From positions 1-32,904 of IMG/VR virus record IMGVR_UViG_3300031726_000030: a stretch of DNA of 32,904 bases; one strand, 5' to 3'. This document shows, one piece after another, positions 17,118 through 26,648 of the stretch (its first letter is position 1; the number at the start of each line of letters is the position of its first letter). The stretch is from a virus. Taxonomy: Duplodnaviria; Caudoviricetes. The notes beneath the pieces were generated by a model. It had not been told where the DNA came from. It saw nothing but the letters and a program-made list of their open reading frames with translations, and made no database searches. A program made the position numbers and the translations under genes.

Positions 17118-20100
17118 TGCCCCTCAAGCTGGATGCTGAAGGATTTCCTATCGCGGAAGCCCCAAAGGTGGACGCGGAAGGATTTCCTATTGCTGCTCCG
17201 GCCTCAGTTGTTCCTCCTGATTTCGCAGCCTACAAAGCCTCTCAACAGCCCGCGCCTTATGAAGAAGGCAATTCTGAATTCGCTCCCGTTGTCCCTGGTG
17301 AGCAGTCGAGTCCCTCCGTGGCTCCGAGTCTCCCATCTGCTGCTGGGCTTCTCACGAAGCTGAAGGCGATCCCTGGCCGCTTGGCTGCTTACGCCACCGA
17401 GAAGGGCCAGGAAACGGTGGCCGCTCAGCAAGCTCAGCTTCAGAAGATGGGGCCGCTGAACTATGCCTTTTTCCAGGGCGGTCCTGAATTGGCTCTGGAA
17501 GCCGGGAAGTCAGTGGTTGGGAAGGCTCACAAGCTTTTCACGGCGCTCTCCCCGAACCGCGCCAAGGAAAATGCCCAGTGGGCTGAGAGCGATATGCGGG
17601 ATTTGCTCAAGGAAGTCGGGGACAAGGTTCCGACTCCGGAGCAGATGGATCGTTTCCGCCAGCGCCACGCCTACGCCGAGCAGATGTGGGGGCTCTCCGA
17701 GAAGGAGCGCGGGGCTCGCCAGCAAGCCGTCCAGGGCTTCCAGGAGCGCATGGACAAGGCGACCCTACCGGGAACCCCAGCCGCGAGGCTTGTAGGTGGC
17801 ATGGCGCCTCTTGCGGCTCAGGCCGCACTGGCTCCTGGAACCATTCCGATAGAGGCAGGCATCAACGCTGTAGCGACCGGCGATTTGAACAATCCGACTT
17901 ACGAGCAGACGACCGGCCAGCAGATCAAGGAAGGGCTCTCAGGGTATGGCTTCGGCAAACTGATGATGGCGGGCGTCCCTGGCGTTCCGATTGCCCGAGC
18001 CTTGCAAGGGGCAGGCGTGAGCCCGGTTCCTGCGAACCTTGCCGGGTTGGGGGCGACTTCGGTTGTCATGACCCAGGGAGGCCATCAGCTTGAGCGCTAC
18101 CTGACTACGCCTCACGGAGATATCCCAGCGGCCCCAGGCGTGGAGGACTACGCCCGTGACTTTGCCACTCAGCTAGGACTCGGGGCTCATACCCTGGGCC
18201 AGCGCCTAGTGGCTCCTGCCGGGGCACCGGCTGTCGGTCAGCCTTCGGCGCCCGTGGATATGGGCGTGGTGCCTCGAGAAACGCCGCAAGCGCCCGGGAG
18301 CCTCAATGCCCCGCCTGTGGAGTCCAGGCCCCTTCCTGAGCCTCTGGCGGCTTCCCATGAGCCTGTCCGGAGTCTTGCCCAAGTAGGCGAGCGGCTGGGC
18401 TCCCTTAATCCCCTCGGTCCCGAGTCCCCACCCTTCATCCAGCCTCAGACCTACACCCGGCCCCTCACGGCTGAAGCCGAGCCTTCCAAGGGCCTCGTAA
18501 CGCGAGGCATTCGAGTTGAGCCTTCTCCCACTGAGGGCTTGCCAGATGCCTACGGCCTCGCGCCTGTGGAGACGATTCCCAAGTCACCTACGGCCTACAA
18601 GACCCTCCACGAACACGAAGCCGAAATGTCTCATGTGAAGCAGCAGCGTCAAGCTGACCGTGAGGCTTTCGACTCAGGGCCCTTGGCAGCTACCGCCGAT
18701 ATCAGCCCTGAGCATCATGCCGAAGCGGATCGGATCATTGAGGCTCGACACATCGTTTCAACATCTGAACAGCGGGCGCTTGAGGCTGAACGACAGATCA
18801 ACGAGATTCAATTTAAAAACGCAAAGACTCAAGCTGATCGCTTCAAGGAAGGCTTACCTCCACTTGAAGCCAAGGATCTGATTCAAACTCCTGATAAGTT
18901 GACCATTCAAGCCAAGAATCGCATGGCTCCAGACGATCCGCTTCGTGTCCTGGCGGCTTCAGAGCCCGAGCATCCCGATGCTCAGCGAGCGCTTCAGGTG
19001 GCTCAGGAGCAGCAGCAAGCTCTGGCGCCTGAGTATGCAGCCGGAACGCCCAAGGATGAAGGCGGCGACATCTTCCACGCGAGGCGCGTTGCCATCAAGA
19101 ACGCGCCGGATGAGCCTAGCCTGTGGGCGAAGACCAAAGAGTTCTTTGGCGGTGAGCCTACGATGCCTCCTGAGACGGGTATCCCTGGATCGAGCAAGCG
19201 GCCCCTTCAGAAAGATCCTTCAGCCAAGAAGCGTCTCTACGAGACGGTGGATGGCCCTGTAGGTCCGACTGTGATCTACAAGGGCGAACCGGGTGATACG
19301 TCTTTCAAGATCGTAGGCCGGAGCGGGAAGATCCAGGAAGCAGATATCACCAGCCGCAGGGAATCCACCAAGGATGAAATCACTCACGCCACTTCTCAGG
19401 TTGAAGTGCCCGGTGAGATTGATCCCGAGACTGGCGTCCAGGCATCGCCCCACGTTGAGATTCATCCTGAAGAAGGGATTCAATTCTCCCGCAACGCTGT
19501 GGCTTCAGCTACGCAGGCACGAGAAACAGCGCGGGATGCCATTCGTGGGCGCCAGGTTTTGGATAATCTCAAGTCAAATCCCAAGATGTTCCTGGAAGGT
19601 TCGCGCCCGACTGATCCCAAGAAAAGCGACTGGCGTTCTGTTTCCGAGCTTCCAATTAGCAATCAAGCGAAGATGCGGTTAGCTCCAGGCGGCAAGGAAG
19701 CCTACGTTCGCTCGGATGTAGCAAATACGCTTGTTGAATACTTCGGGACTTCTGGCGCGAAGGAAGCGCACTTCTTCTCTGGCCTGGATCGGATGAGCCG
19801 CCAGTGGATTGAGCGTGGGTTCATGACGAATCCCTTCATCCATTTCCCGAATCAGTTTGCCCATGGCCTTGGAGCGTTGGCTGGTGAAGGCCTGACGGGG
19901 AAGCAGGCTTCAGAGGCGCTGGCTCACGCTTACCGTGAGGGTTCGAATCCGAATTCAGAATATGTGAATCGAGCCAAGGCCGCAGGCGTGAAGCAGATGT
20001 CAGAAGGCCGCGTGTTTGGCCAGGATGAAAACATGACTGCTCACGAAGCGGCCACGCAGCGCCTTGAGAAAGCCTTGGGGCACGAGCCAGGAACGCTTGG

Positions 20101-21397
20101 AAAGGTGGAAGGGAATCAGATCAAGAATGGTTTCAAGGCAGTGAATCAGAAAGCAGTCTGGCAGGTTGACGATGCGATCCGGAACACCCTCTTCTACCAG
20201 AAGATCGCCAGCGGCATGACGCCTGCTGAGGCTGCGAAATATGCCAATGAAAACTATGTCGGATATCACACTGACACGAATCTCTTTGAATTGAACCCTG
20301 ACCGCAGTCCGCGCGACTTCCGGGAGTATGGCAAGAAGGCTGCGAATTACCTCTACAGTGGCTTCGTGACGGGCAAGGGGCAGAGCAAGAATGATTTCCA
20401 GGCCGCAGGCGGGACGCTCGCTCGCACTCTCATCGCGCCCCTCTTCCATACTTTCCGAACGAATTCAGCCATGCTCCTGGGTCACGAGATCAAAGGCGCG
20501 GGCGTAGATGCCGCTCAAGGAAGTCTGAAGGGCCTCGGCAAGCTGGCGAACACAGCGGCTGTGGGAACGGCTGTCGGGGGCATTGTCGGTCAGACCCTTT
20601 CGGATGCTCTGCTCTCCGAGAAGGAAAAGAAGCAAGGCAAGGAATACCAGATGCGAATGGGCGGTCCCTTCCATTGGTGGGATACCGCTCAGAAGGCCCT
20701 GGAAGGTCGTGCCAACAAGTTCCAGACCGCTGCTGCTATCGCCACGCCCAATCCTCTCTTCAAGCACTTGGTAGGCAAGGTAGGCTTTGGAACCGACGTT
20801 TCCACCGGGCGCCGCGCTCCGGCGACGAGCCTTTCCGAGCTAGGCGACACTGCCCTTTCCAGCGTTCTGCCTACCGGGGACATTGGCCGGAATGCCTTGC
20901 AAGGCCAGGGAAGCGCCAAGGACATGACGGCTTCGTTCCTGATGGGAAAGAATGTCCCCAATGCGGCTTTCCAGATGATGCTCGCTCATCCTGATACTCA
21001 GGCCGCAGGGACGCCAGACTATGAGCAGAGCAAAGCCAATTTTGCGCTGATCTCCAAGCTCCGCGAGTTGGAACCTGGAACCAAAGAGTATGCCGCCACG
21101 ATCCAGGATGCCGTGAAAGAAGGTGTTCTTACCAAGCGCCAGATTGAGAATGCCGCGAAGCGCTCAAATCAGTCTGAGCTTGAGCATGCCAGAGCGCTTG
21201 CCAAGTTTTCAACGCCTGAATGGGCTGTCAAGGCTGCTGATGAATATGCCGAGCGGAGTCCTGAGATTGCTCGGGCGCTCTATGCTGAGGCTGAAAAGAA
21301 ACTCGGAGCGCAGTCCAAAAAATTCACGGGAGAGCGTAGTCTGAAGTTGCTCGGGCAGATTCAAGGGATCGAAAACAAAAAGCTTTTGCTTCGCTAG
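17114..21397 (+). CDS. large internal virion / DNA ejection protein (1427 aa)
   Basis: Largest gene, Ala-rich, third in the ejection cluster. No catalytic motif recognised. Confidence 0.7.
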   Translation: MMPLKLDAEGFPIAEAPKVDAEGFPIAAPASVVPPDFAAYKASQQPAPYEEGNSEFAPVVPGEQSSPSVAPSLPSAAGLLTKLKAIPGRLAAYATEKGQETVAAQQAQLQKMGPLNYAFFQGGPELALEAGKSVVGKAHKLFTALSPNRAKENAQWAESDMRDLLKEVGDKVPTPEQMDRFRQRHAYAEQMWGLSEKERGARQQAVQGFQERMDKATLPGTPAARLVGGMAPLAAQAALAPGTIPIEAGINAVATGDLNNPTYEQTTGQQIKEGLSGYGFGKLMMAGVPGVPIARALQGAGVSPVPANLAGLGATSVVMTQGGHQLERYLTTPHGDIPAAPGVEDYARDFATQLGLGAHTLGQRLVAPAGAPAVGQPSAPVDMGVVPRETPQAPGSLNAPPVESRPLPEPLAASHEPVRSLAQVGERLGSLNPLGPESPPFIQPQTYTRPLTAEAEPSKGLVTRGIRVEPSPTEGLPDAYGLAPVETIPKSPTAYKTLHEHEAEMSHVKQQRQADREAFDSGPLAATADISPEHHAEADRIIEARHIVSTSEQRALEAERQINEIQFKNAKTQADRFKEGLPPLEAKDLIQTPDKLTIQAKNRMAPDDPLRVLAASEPEHPDAQRALQVAQEQQQALAPEYAAGTPKDEGGDIFHARRVAIKNAPDEPSLWAKTKEFFGGEPTMPPETGIPGSSKRPLQKDPSAKKRLYETVDGPVGPTVIYKGEPGDTSFKIVGRSGKIQEADITSRRESTKDEITHATSQVEVPGEIDPETGVQASPHVEIHPEEGIQFSRNAVASATQARETARDAIRGRQVLDNLKSNPKMFLEGSRPTDPKKSDWRSVSELPISNQAKMRLAPGGKEAYVRSDVANTLVEYFGTSGAKEAHFFSGLDRMSRQWIERGFMTNPFIHFPNQFAHGLGALAGEGLTGKQASEALAHAYREGSNPNSEYVNRAKAAGVKQMSEGRVFGQDENMTAHEAATQRLEKALGHEPGTLGKVEGNQIKNGFKAVNQKAVWQVDDAIRNTLFYQKIASGMTPAEAAKYANENYVGYHTDTNLFELNPDRSPRDFREYGKKAANYLYSGFVTGKGQSKNDFQAAGGTLARTLIAPLFHTFRTNSAMLLGHEIKGAGVDAAQGSLKGLGKLANTAAVGTAVGGIVGQTLSDALLSEKEKKQGKEYQMRMGGPFHWWDTAQKALEGRANKFQTAAAIATPNPLFKHLVGKVGFGTDVSTGRRAPATSLSELGDTALSSVLPTGDIGRNALQGQGSAKDMTASFLMGKNVPNAAFQMMLAHPDTQAAGTPDYEQSKANFALISKLRELEPGTKEYAATIQDAVKEGVLTKRQIENAAKRSNQSELEHARALAKFSTPEWAVKAADEYAERSPEIARALYAEAEKKLGAQSKKFTGERSLKLLGQIQGIENKKLLLR

Positions 21398-21405
21398 GGG
21401 GTGCC

Positions 21406-22074
21406 ATGTCCTACGCTCACATTGCCATCGTTCAAGTAGTTCCGGGCACCAAAACCCTGGCTCCGTTGATGAATTCAAACTACACGATCATCATTGATCG
21501 GATCAATGCGCTTTCCGATACGGCCAATTCTGACGATACGGCTATCGCGGCGAACACGGCGCTTAACGCGAATATCGCCGGTCGGCTTCAGCAAGTCACA
21601 GATCAGATGGGCGGCACCACGACAGGCACCGATCCGAACAAGGTGCTTGCCTTCACGCCAGGGAGCCCTTCTAATCAGGTCGTGGGCCGCACGAGCTACT
21701 GGTTCTATGAATTCGCCGTGGATCTGAATTACCCTCAGCCGATCTACAAGTGCGATGCTCCACGCTCCACGGTTCCGGCTGGCTGTGGATATATCAACAT
21801 GGGCGGCGTCCCGACGAATAGCGCGGGGCAGATCAAGCTTCAGCAGAAAATCAGCGGCGCGGGCGCCTGGGTCGATGTCGCTGGTTACGTTTGGAATTTC
21901 CTCAATAGCGACGCGACGGAAGTCTTGGTGCCTATTAGTCCGGTGCCTTCGGTTGCGACCTTCACGGCGGACACACTACTTCAGGCGGTGGTAGTCTCGG
22001 GCAGCACCGGGGCTGTGCTGCCGCACAACATCACGCTCGTCTTGGGCATGACGGAAGCTGCGAGGAACCAGTAA
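21406..22074 (+). CDS. putative short tail fibre / tail-associated protein
   Basis: N-terminal PGTKTLAPLMNSNY...INAL attachment-like motif, short coiled coil, beta-rich C-terminal domain. Confidence 0.55.
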   Translation: MSYAHIAIVQVVPGTKTLAPLMNSNYTIIIDRINALSDTANSDDTAIAANTALNANIAGRLQQVTDQMGGTTTGTDPNKVLAFTPGSPSNQVVGRTSYWFYEFAVDLNYPQPIYKCDAPRSTVPAGCGYINMGGVPTNSAGQIKLQQKISGAGAWVDVAGYVWNFLNSDATEVLVPISPVPSVATFTADTLLQAVVVSGSTGAVLPHNITLVLGMTEAARNQ

Positions 22075-22898
22075 TGGGTGCCTATTTCTACCCCGCTACG
22101 GCTGAGTGCCTTCCTGTCTATTCTCATTACCCAATTTATCTGACTTATTTTTCACCTATCTCGCCTAATAATACAATGGGCGGATTTGGAGGATTACTTG
22201 ATATCAGCGATTACAACGGTAGTCAGTCAGGTAGCGTAAATATTTTTATCGACCCCAGCAATGTCGGCAACACAGGGATCCAAGATTTAATGTCTGTGTT
22301 TTACTCACGCACTCAAATTCCGACGAATGAATCTTGGTATCTGGTCAGACAAACAGATTTTAAAGATTGGAGCGGAGTGGCCGGTGTATTCTGGAAAACG
22401 ACAGATTTCGTCATGGAAATAGATATAAAGACGACTGTTCCAACACATGGTGGTTATCGTGACGAAGCTCCTAATGGATCGGCTCCGATTCTTGATCTTG
22501 CAGGTAACCCAAATTTGCAAACGCCTTATCTTGGTGCGGCACAAGGCGCTGGTGTTTGCTTAAGAGCTATCATCGTTGACCCCATTACTCATCTTGAAGT
22601 TGTGAAAGATACCCAATTTCTTCAAGGCGCGGTTGGAAACGATTTAATATTGAATCCTTTATTGTTTCCGAGACAGATTGTGAAACTTAATCTTTCAAGT
22701 GTAACGCCTGATGAAATGTTAACAATGGTTTTAAGAATTACAACTCAGCAATATTCAGGCTCTATGTTTTCGACTGTTGTGCCAACACTCTATCCGCACA
22801 CGGATATGGATACGACGATCTTTCGCGTTGGTCTTACCGCCAATGTAACTTCGCTGCATTCGAGCGGCAAACAGAGTGCGGCGATGACGAGCAGATAA
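22074..22898 (+). CDS. hypothetical beta-rich protein, possibly receptor-binding
   Basis: 274 aa coupled to the previous gene by TAATG. Visibly more AT-rich than the flanks. Last gene of the + strand operon. Confidence 0.65.
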   Translation: MGAYFYPATAECLPVYSHYPIYLTYFSPISPNNTMGGFGGLLDISDYNGSQSGSVNIFIDPSNVGNTGIQDLMSVFYSRTQIPTNESWYLVRQTDFKDWSGVAGVFWKTTDFVMEIDIKTTVPTHGGYRDEAPNGSAPILDLAGNPNLQTPYLGAAQGAGVCLRAIIVDPITHLEVVKDTQFLQGAVGNDLILNPLLFPRQIVKLNLSSVTPDEMLTMVLRITTQQYSGSMFSTVVPTLYPHTDMDTTIFRVGLTANVTSLHSSGKQSAAMTSR

Positions 22899-22925
22899 GG
22901 AAAGAGCCCAGTCGAAACCGGGCTC
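22897..22925 (-). terminator. intrinsic terminator of the minus-strand operon
   Basis: Minus strand GAGCCCGGT-TTCG-ACTGGGCTC-TTTCCTT, at the point where the two operons converge. Confidence 0.75.
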
Positions 22926-22957
22926 CCAAGTAGAGCGCAGGCCCGAGCCTGGAGGGA

Positions 22958-23098
22958 CTACTTCTTCCTGGAATCCTTGCGACCGCCCTTGGGCTTCGCC
23001 GGATATCCCTTCTTCGCTTCCTTGATGTCAGCTTGCTCTTCCTTGATGAAGCCTTTCTTGCCCTTCTGGCTGAGTTCTTTCTTGTCGCTGCTGTCCAT
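22958..23098 (-). CDS. small Lys-rich protein (46 aa)
   Basis: AGGAGG RBS then ATG at 23098: MDSSDKKELSQKGKKGFIKEEQADIKEAKKGYPAKPKGGRKDSRKK. Confidence 0.7.
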   Translation of the reverse strand: MDSSDKKELSQKGKKGFIKEEQADIKEAKKGYPAKPKGGRKDSRKK

Positions 23099-23108
23099 GA
23101 CGGACCTC

Positions 23109-23504
23109 CTATGCGTGGGGATCGAGTGTAAGAAGGAACCGCATGGCGTCAATCCATTCAACGTCCGTGGGAGTGATCATCTGCTGAACGAACGTCCCGG
23201 CTGCATCCGTGCCGGTGAAAAGCTGAAGCTCGGTGGTGCTGATGACGTAGCGCAGACAACTGATGCCCATGCTCTCGAAGTTCTGAGCAATGGCCAGGAC
23301 GCCTGCCCCAGCAGAAGCGGTGGCCGCGCTGATGAACATGGCGATATGAACGGCGCCGCTCTTGTCGGTGGCGAGCATCAGACAAGAGGCGTCATTGGTG
23401 GCGCCTACGATTTGCCCGAGGTCGAAGCCTCGGGCCTTGATCTTGCCAGTGGTGGCGACAAGCAATGCAAGAGCAGCAGCGGCACTTGCGGGAGCAGCGG
23501 CCAT
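23109..23504 (-). CDS. hypothetical protein (131 aa), probable paralog of 23679..24074
   Basis: GGAGG RBS, biased codon usage, shared segments with 23679..24074. Confidence 0.75.
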   Translation of the reverse strand: MAAAPASAAAALALLVATTGKIKARGFDLGQIVGATNDASCLMLATDKSGAVHIAMFISAATASAGAGVLAIAQNFESMGISCLRYVISTTELQLFTGTDAAGTFVQQMITPTDVEWIDAMRFLLTLDPHA

Positions 23505-23678
23505 TTAATCCTCCGTCTTGGTGAGCGGTTCCATGGTTTCGGGGTTCACTTCGACCCCATCGACAATCAGTCTGCGTCCCCACGGCTTGCACTCGCGCTT
23601 CACTTCGGGGATAGCTTCGCCTTCTCCAGTCACCTTGAGGGGCGGCTGAAGGAAGGCGTCTTTGCTGTCCTTGGTCAC
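23505..23678 (-). CDS. small hypothetical protein (57 aa), absent from the ORF track
   Basis: GTG directly follows the upstream TAA. MTKDSKDAFLQPPLKVTGEGEAIPEVKRECKPWGRRLIVDGVEVNPETMEPLTKTED fills the gap exactly. Confidence 0.6.
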   Translation of the reverse strand: MTKDSKDAFLQPPLKVTGEGEAIPEVKRECKPWGRRLIVDGVEVNPETMEPLTKTED

Positions 23679-24074
23679 TTAACCGACCATGGGGGGCTGA
23701 ACGTAGTCGAGCAGGTTCAGGATCTCGGTGGCGAGGCCGATGTCATCCGTCGCCACGCGAACGCCGGGGGTGGCGACCACGAGAGGATAGACGCAATTCA
23801 CATCGCCCTTCGCCAGGCAGATTTCCGTGGCGGTGAAGTTGGCATTCACCATGTTCATCCCGCCGTTGCCCAGGGCGTCTACGCCCGCCTTGACGATGGG
23901 AAGGGCCACGGTGCCCCACGCAATGCCAAACTGACGGTTGCCGGGGTCCTTGCCCAGCACGAAGGGGCCTACGGTGCCACCAACGGTCGGAGCGATGTCC
24001 TGAGCCGTGCAGGTATAACCGCGAGCGTTCAGAAAGGTAGCGAGAGTAGTCGCTGTCGTGGGAGTGGCTGCCAA
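23679..24074 (-). CDS. hypothetical protein (131 aa), probable paralog of 23109..23504
   Basis: TTG start with AGGAGG RBS. Strong C/G bias at third codon positions. Confidence 0.75.
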   Translation of the reverse strand: MAATPTTATTLATFLNARGYTCTAQDIAPTVGGTVGPFVLGKDPGNRQFGIAWGTVALPIVKAGVDALGNGGMNMVNANFTATEICLAKGDVNCVYPLVVATPGVRVATDDIGLATEILNLLDYVQPPMVG

Positions 24075-24125
24075 AGGAGCCTCCTGGATGATGTGGCGCG
24101 ACGGCCAGATACCTAAAGGATGGGC

Positions 24126-24638
24126 CTAATTTCCCTTGGGTGCCAAGGAAATGTTGCCTTTGGACTGCTGAAATTCGACCCAAGCATCATTTTGAGCGGG
24201 CATCAGGTCAAAGAGGACAGGGTAGCGCTCTCGGAACATCCAGAGAACCCCCGTTTCGAAGCAGGCGTCCAGGATCAAAGTAGGTGCCGGGAGATCCCTG
24301 TAGTTCACCAGGACTGGGGAAGTCTTGGCCTCCGCGCTTTCTTCCTGGCCATAGCAGTAGCCTTGTGCCAGGAGGCTCTCGCAGTAGAGGTCATGGAATT
24401 CGGACATGGAAAGCCGTTCCTCAATGATCCGCTGGGCAAAGACCGTGAGGGGCATTTTGGCAGCCATCGGAAGCTCCATCCAGGAATCAGGCCCCGTGAC
24501 GCCTAGCTGCTCGCCCACAGCTACGGCGAGGTCATGACCGGCTGCGGCAAGGGCGTGGTAGTCGGGTCGTTCCACGATGAAGCCTGCGGCCTTCCAGGCG
24601 TTGACGGTGACTTTGGGAATGATGAAGAGATCGGTCAT
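24126..24638 (-). CDS. RyR (ryanodine receptor repeat) domain protein
   Basis: HDLYCESLLAQGYCYGQEESAEAKTSPVLVNYRDLP matches the RyR pattern H..W......GW.YG...D...K.HP.LVPY..LP, with substitutions. Confidence 0.7.
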   Translation of the reverse strand: MTDLFIIPKVTVNAWKAAGFIVERPDYHALAAAGHDLAVAVGEQLGVTGPDSWMELPMAAKMPLTVFAQRIIEERLSMSEFHDLYCESLLAQGYCYGQEESAEAKTSPVLVNYRDLPAPTLILDACFETGVLWMFRERYPVLFDLMPAQNDAWVEFQQSKGNISLAPKGN

Positions 24639-25015
24639 GCGAATGCCTCTTTGAGAAGAAGATCGTGGATCTGCTCGGCCAGTTCATAGATCGTAATGAC
24701 TGGCTTCACTCTCGGCCAGAGTAACCGATATTCGACGTTTCGATCCTGAGCATCTCGGACATCATGGGCGTTCAGCACCAGAACACCAAAGGATTTCATT
24801 TGCTCCTGGCGCTTGATCTGGATCGCGGTGAGCGGTTCTTTCCGCTGATGAGGGGCGACGATCTTCAGTTCCACCCAGCCGGTATTGCCGTGCTTGGCAA
24901 CGAAGAGGTCAGGGACGCCTCGGTTGGTTGGCCCCGTCTCGATGGCCAGCGCGAGACAGCTTCGTGCTTCCAGGGCCTTTCTCAAGTCTTTGCTGAAGCG
25001 ATGCTCGGGTTTCAT
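24635..25015 (-). CDS. VRR-NUC / PD-(D/E)XK nuclease, Holliday-junction-resolvase-like
   Basis: Start 25015 by ATGA overlap with the helicase stop. MKPEHRF, GVPDL, WVELK, LTAIQ motifs. Confidence 0.85.
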   Translation of the reverse strand: MKPEHRFSKDLRKALEARSCLALAIETGPTNRGVPDLFVAKHGNTGWVELKIVAPHQRKEPLTAIQIKRQEQMKSFGVLVLNAHDVRDAQDRNVEYRLLWPRVKPVITIYELAEQIHDLLLKEAFA

Positions 25016-26409
25016 TCTTCTTCTCCTGTATAGGCCAGGAACGCTCCCAGCGGGTCTTTGAGAAATTCGGCACTGACATCGTGCTTGGCTTTCAGATCCT
25101 TGATGATCTTGCGGTCCACCGGGCCGCATTCAAAATCAGTGTAGAAGCAAGTCTTGGCTTGACCGATTCGGTGGATCCGATCCTCTTCCTGAAGCCGATG
25201 CTCCAGATTAAAACCGTTGCTGAAAAAGAACATCCGGCTTGTGACGGTGAGCGTGATGCCCGTGCTTCCCGTCTGATTGGAAATCAGGTAACGTTTGCTT
25301 GGGTCTTCCATGAATTGTTTGATGACATCGGCCCGTGTGCGGGCATCCGTTTTGCCGTAGTAGGTGAGCGCCGCGTCTCCAAGCGCCTTGGCGCAAGCCT
25401 CGATCTCATTGACGAACGCACAGAAAATCACGACTTTCTCGTCTCCCAGTTCCTCAATCAGTTCCAGGATTCGATCTAGTTTGGGACTGCCTCCGGTCAT
25501 GGTCTTTTGCGTATAGGGGTCGAAGCCCCCGCTGATCTGTCGCAGGCGAATGAGCCGCGTCACAGCCGCTTCAGCCGCCGCCGCAAGGCCTCCATCCACG
25601 CCCATGAGCCGGGTGAGTTCGTCAATGCTCTCTTTCCGAACGGCGTGATAGAGCGCCTTCTGTTCGGGCGTCATCATGACGATTTCGTTGATATAGATTT
25701 TCTCAGGCAGATCCAAGCACTCTTCCTTGAGGTGCCGGATCATGTGAGGTGCCAGGAGTTCCTGGAGCCAGTCCTGGTTTTGATAGCCTACGATTTTTCT
25801 TCCCTCGAACCCTCCCATTTTGCAGAAGGTCGAGCGGAATCCATAGAACGATTTCCAGCGCGTGACGCCTACACCCAGGAAATTGAACTGAGAGTAGAGA
25901 TCCTCAATCCCCTTCGTGATTGGCGTCCCCGTGAGGATGCGGCGATACTCAGCCTTGCGGCCCTGGACGATCAGATACCGGGTGCGAAGCGCCTGGCCGT
26001 TCTTGATTCGTTGACTCTCGTCCACCACCATCATCACTCGGCGCGTGTCGAGAATTTCGGTCATCAAGGCACGGGCCTTGGGACTCGTGAAGCCGTCCAC
26101 GTTGAAGCAGAAGATTTGAAGTTTGGTAGCGTCATAAGCTGGAACCTTGAATGGTTTCTCAGCGTAGTAAATTCGAGCATCCACCTCATGCTTCGGAAAA
26201 ACATTTGGAACTTCGTTTCGCGCCCAGTTAGCGTGAACGCCATTGGGCGCGACCACGATCATCGCGTCTAGCTTGCCATCGTTGTAGAGTTTCTTGGCCT
26301 CAAAGAGCGTGGTGATTGTCTTACCTAGCCCTTGCTCGTCAAAATTACCGTAGGCTTCCTTGCCGTAGAAGCGCTTGATGATTTCCTTTTGGTGAGTCAG
26401 GAGTTTCAT
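25012..26409 (-). CDS. SNF2-family (SF2) helicase
   Basis: DEQGLGKT, VVDESQ, LTGTP, GITLT, QEEDRIHRIGQ. Confidence 0.92.
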   Translation of the reverse strand: MKLLTHQKEIIKRFYGKEAYGNFDEQGLGKTITTLFEAKKLYNDGKLDAMIVVAPNGVHANWARNEVPNVFPKHEVDARIYYAEKPFKVPAYDATKLQIFCFNVDGFTSPKARALMTEILDTRRVMMVVDESQRIKNGQALRTRYLIVQGRKAEYRRILTGTPITKGIEDLYSQFNFLGVGVTRWKSFYGFRSTFCKMGGFEGRKIVGYQNQDWLQELLAPHMIRHLKEECLDLPEKIYINEIVMMTPEQKALYHAVRKESIDELTRLMGVDGGLAAAAEAAVTRLIRLRQISGGFDPYTQKTMTGGSPKLDRILELIEELGDEKVVIFCAFVNEIEACAKALGDAALTYYGKTDARTRADVIKQFMEDPSKRYLISNQTGSTGITLTVTSRMFFFSNGFNLEHRLQEEDRIHRIGQAKTCFYTDFECGPVDRKIIKDLKAKHDVSAEFLKDPLGAFLAYTGEEE

Positions 26410-26648
26410 TCGACATCCGGATTCTGAAGCGGGAAATCAGTTCCGAGTAAATGCGTTCGACCTTTCACTTGTCCACAGAGATCGCATTTGCGGCCCACGA
26501 AATAGCGGTCTTCATGATCCCAAACCCAACGTCCATCAAAAGGTCTCCATTCAGCGCAACGTGGGCGAGTTTCAATCCACACAGAAAAGTGGCTTCGATT
26601 GATTCTGAACAGATGAGCGAAACGATGGCGAAGAGTAATTTTGTTCAT
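26406..26648 (-). CDS. hypothetical protein (80 aa)
   Basis: ATGA overlaps at both ends. Contains CDLCG. Confidence 0.65.
   Translation of the reverse strand: MNKITLRHRFAHLFRINRSHFSVWIETRPRCAEWRPFDGRWVWDHEDRYFVGRKCDLCGQVKGRTHLLGTDFPLQNPDVE

Noticed and set aside
22977-24116. 379-aa plus-strand ORF
   Set aside because: It is the antisense shadow of three in-frame, codon-biased minus-strand genes that have clear RBSs or coupling. Its composition is typical of antisense frames.
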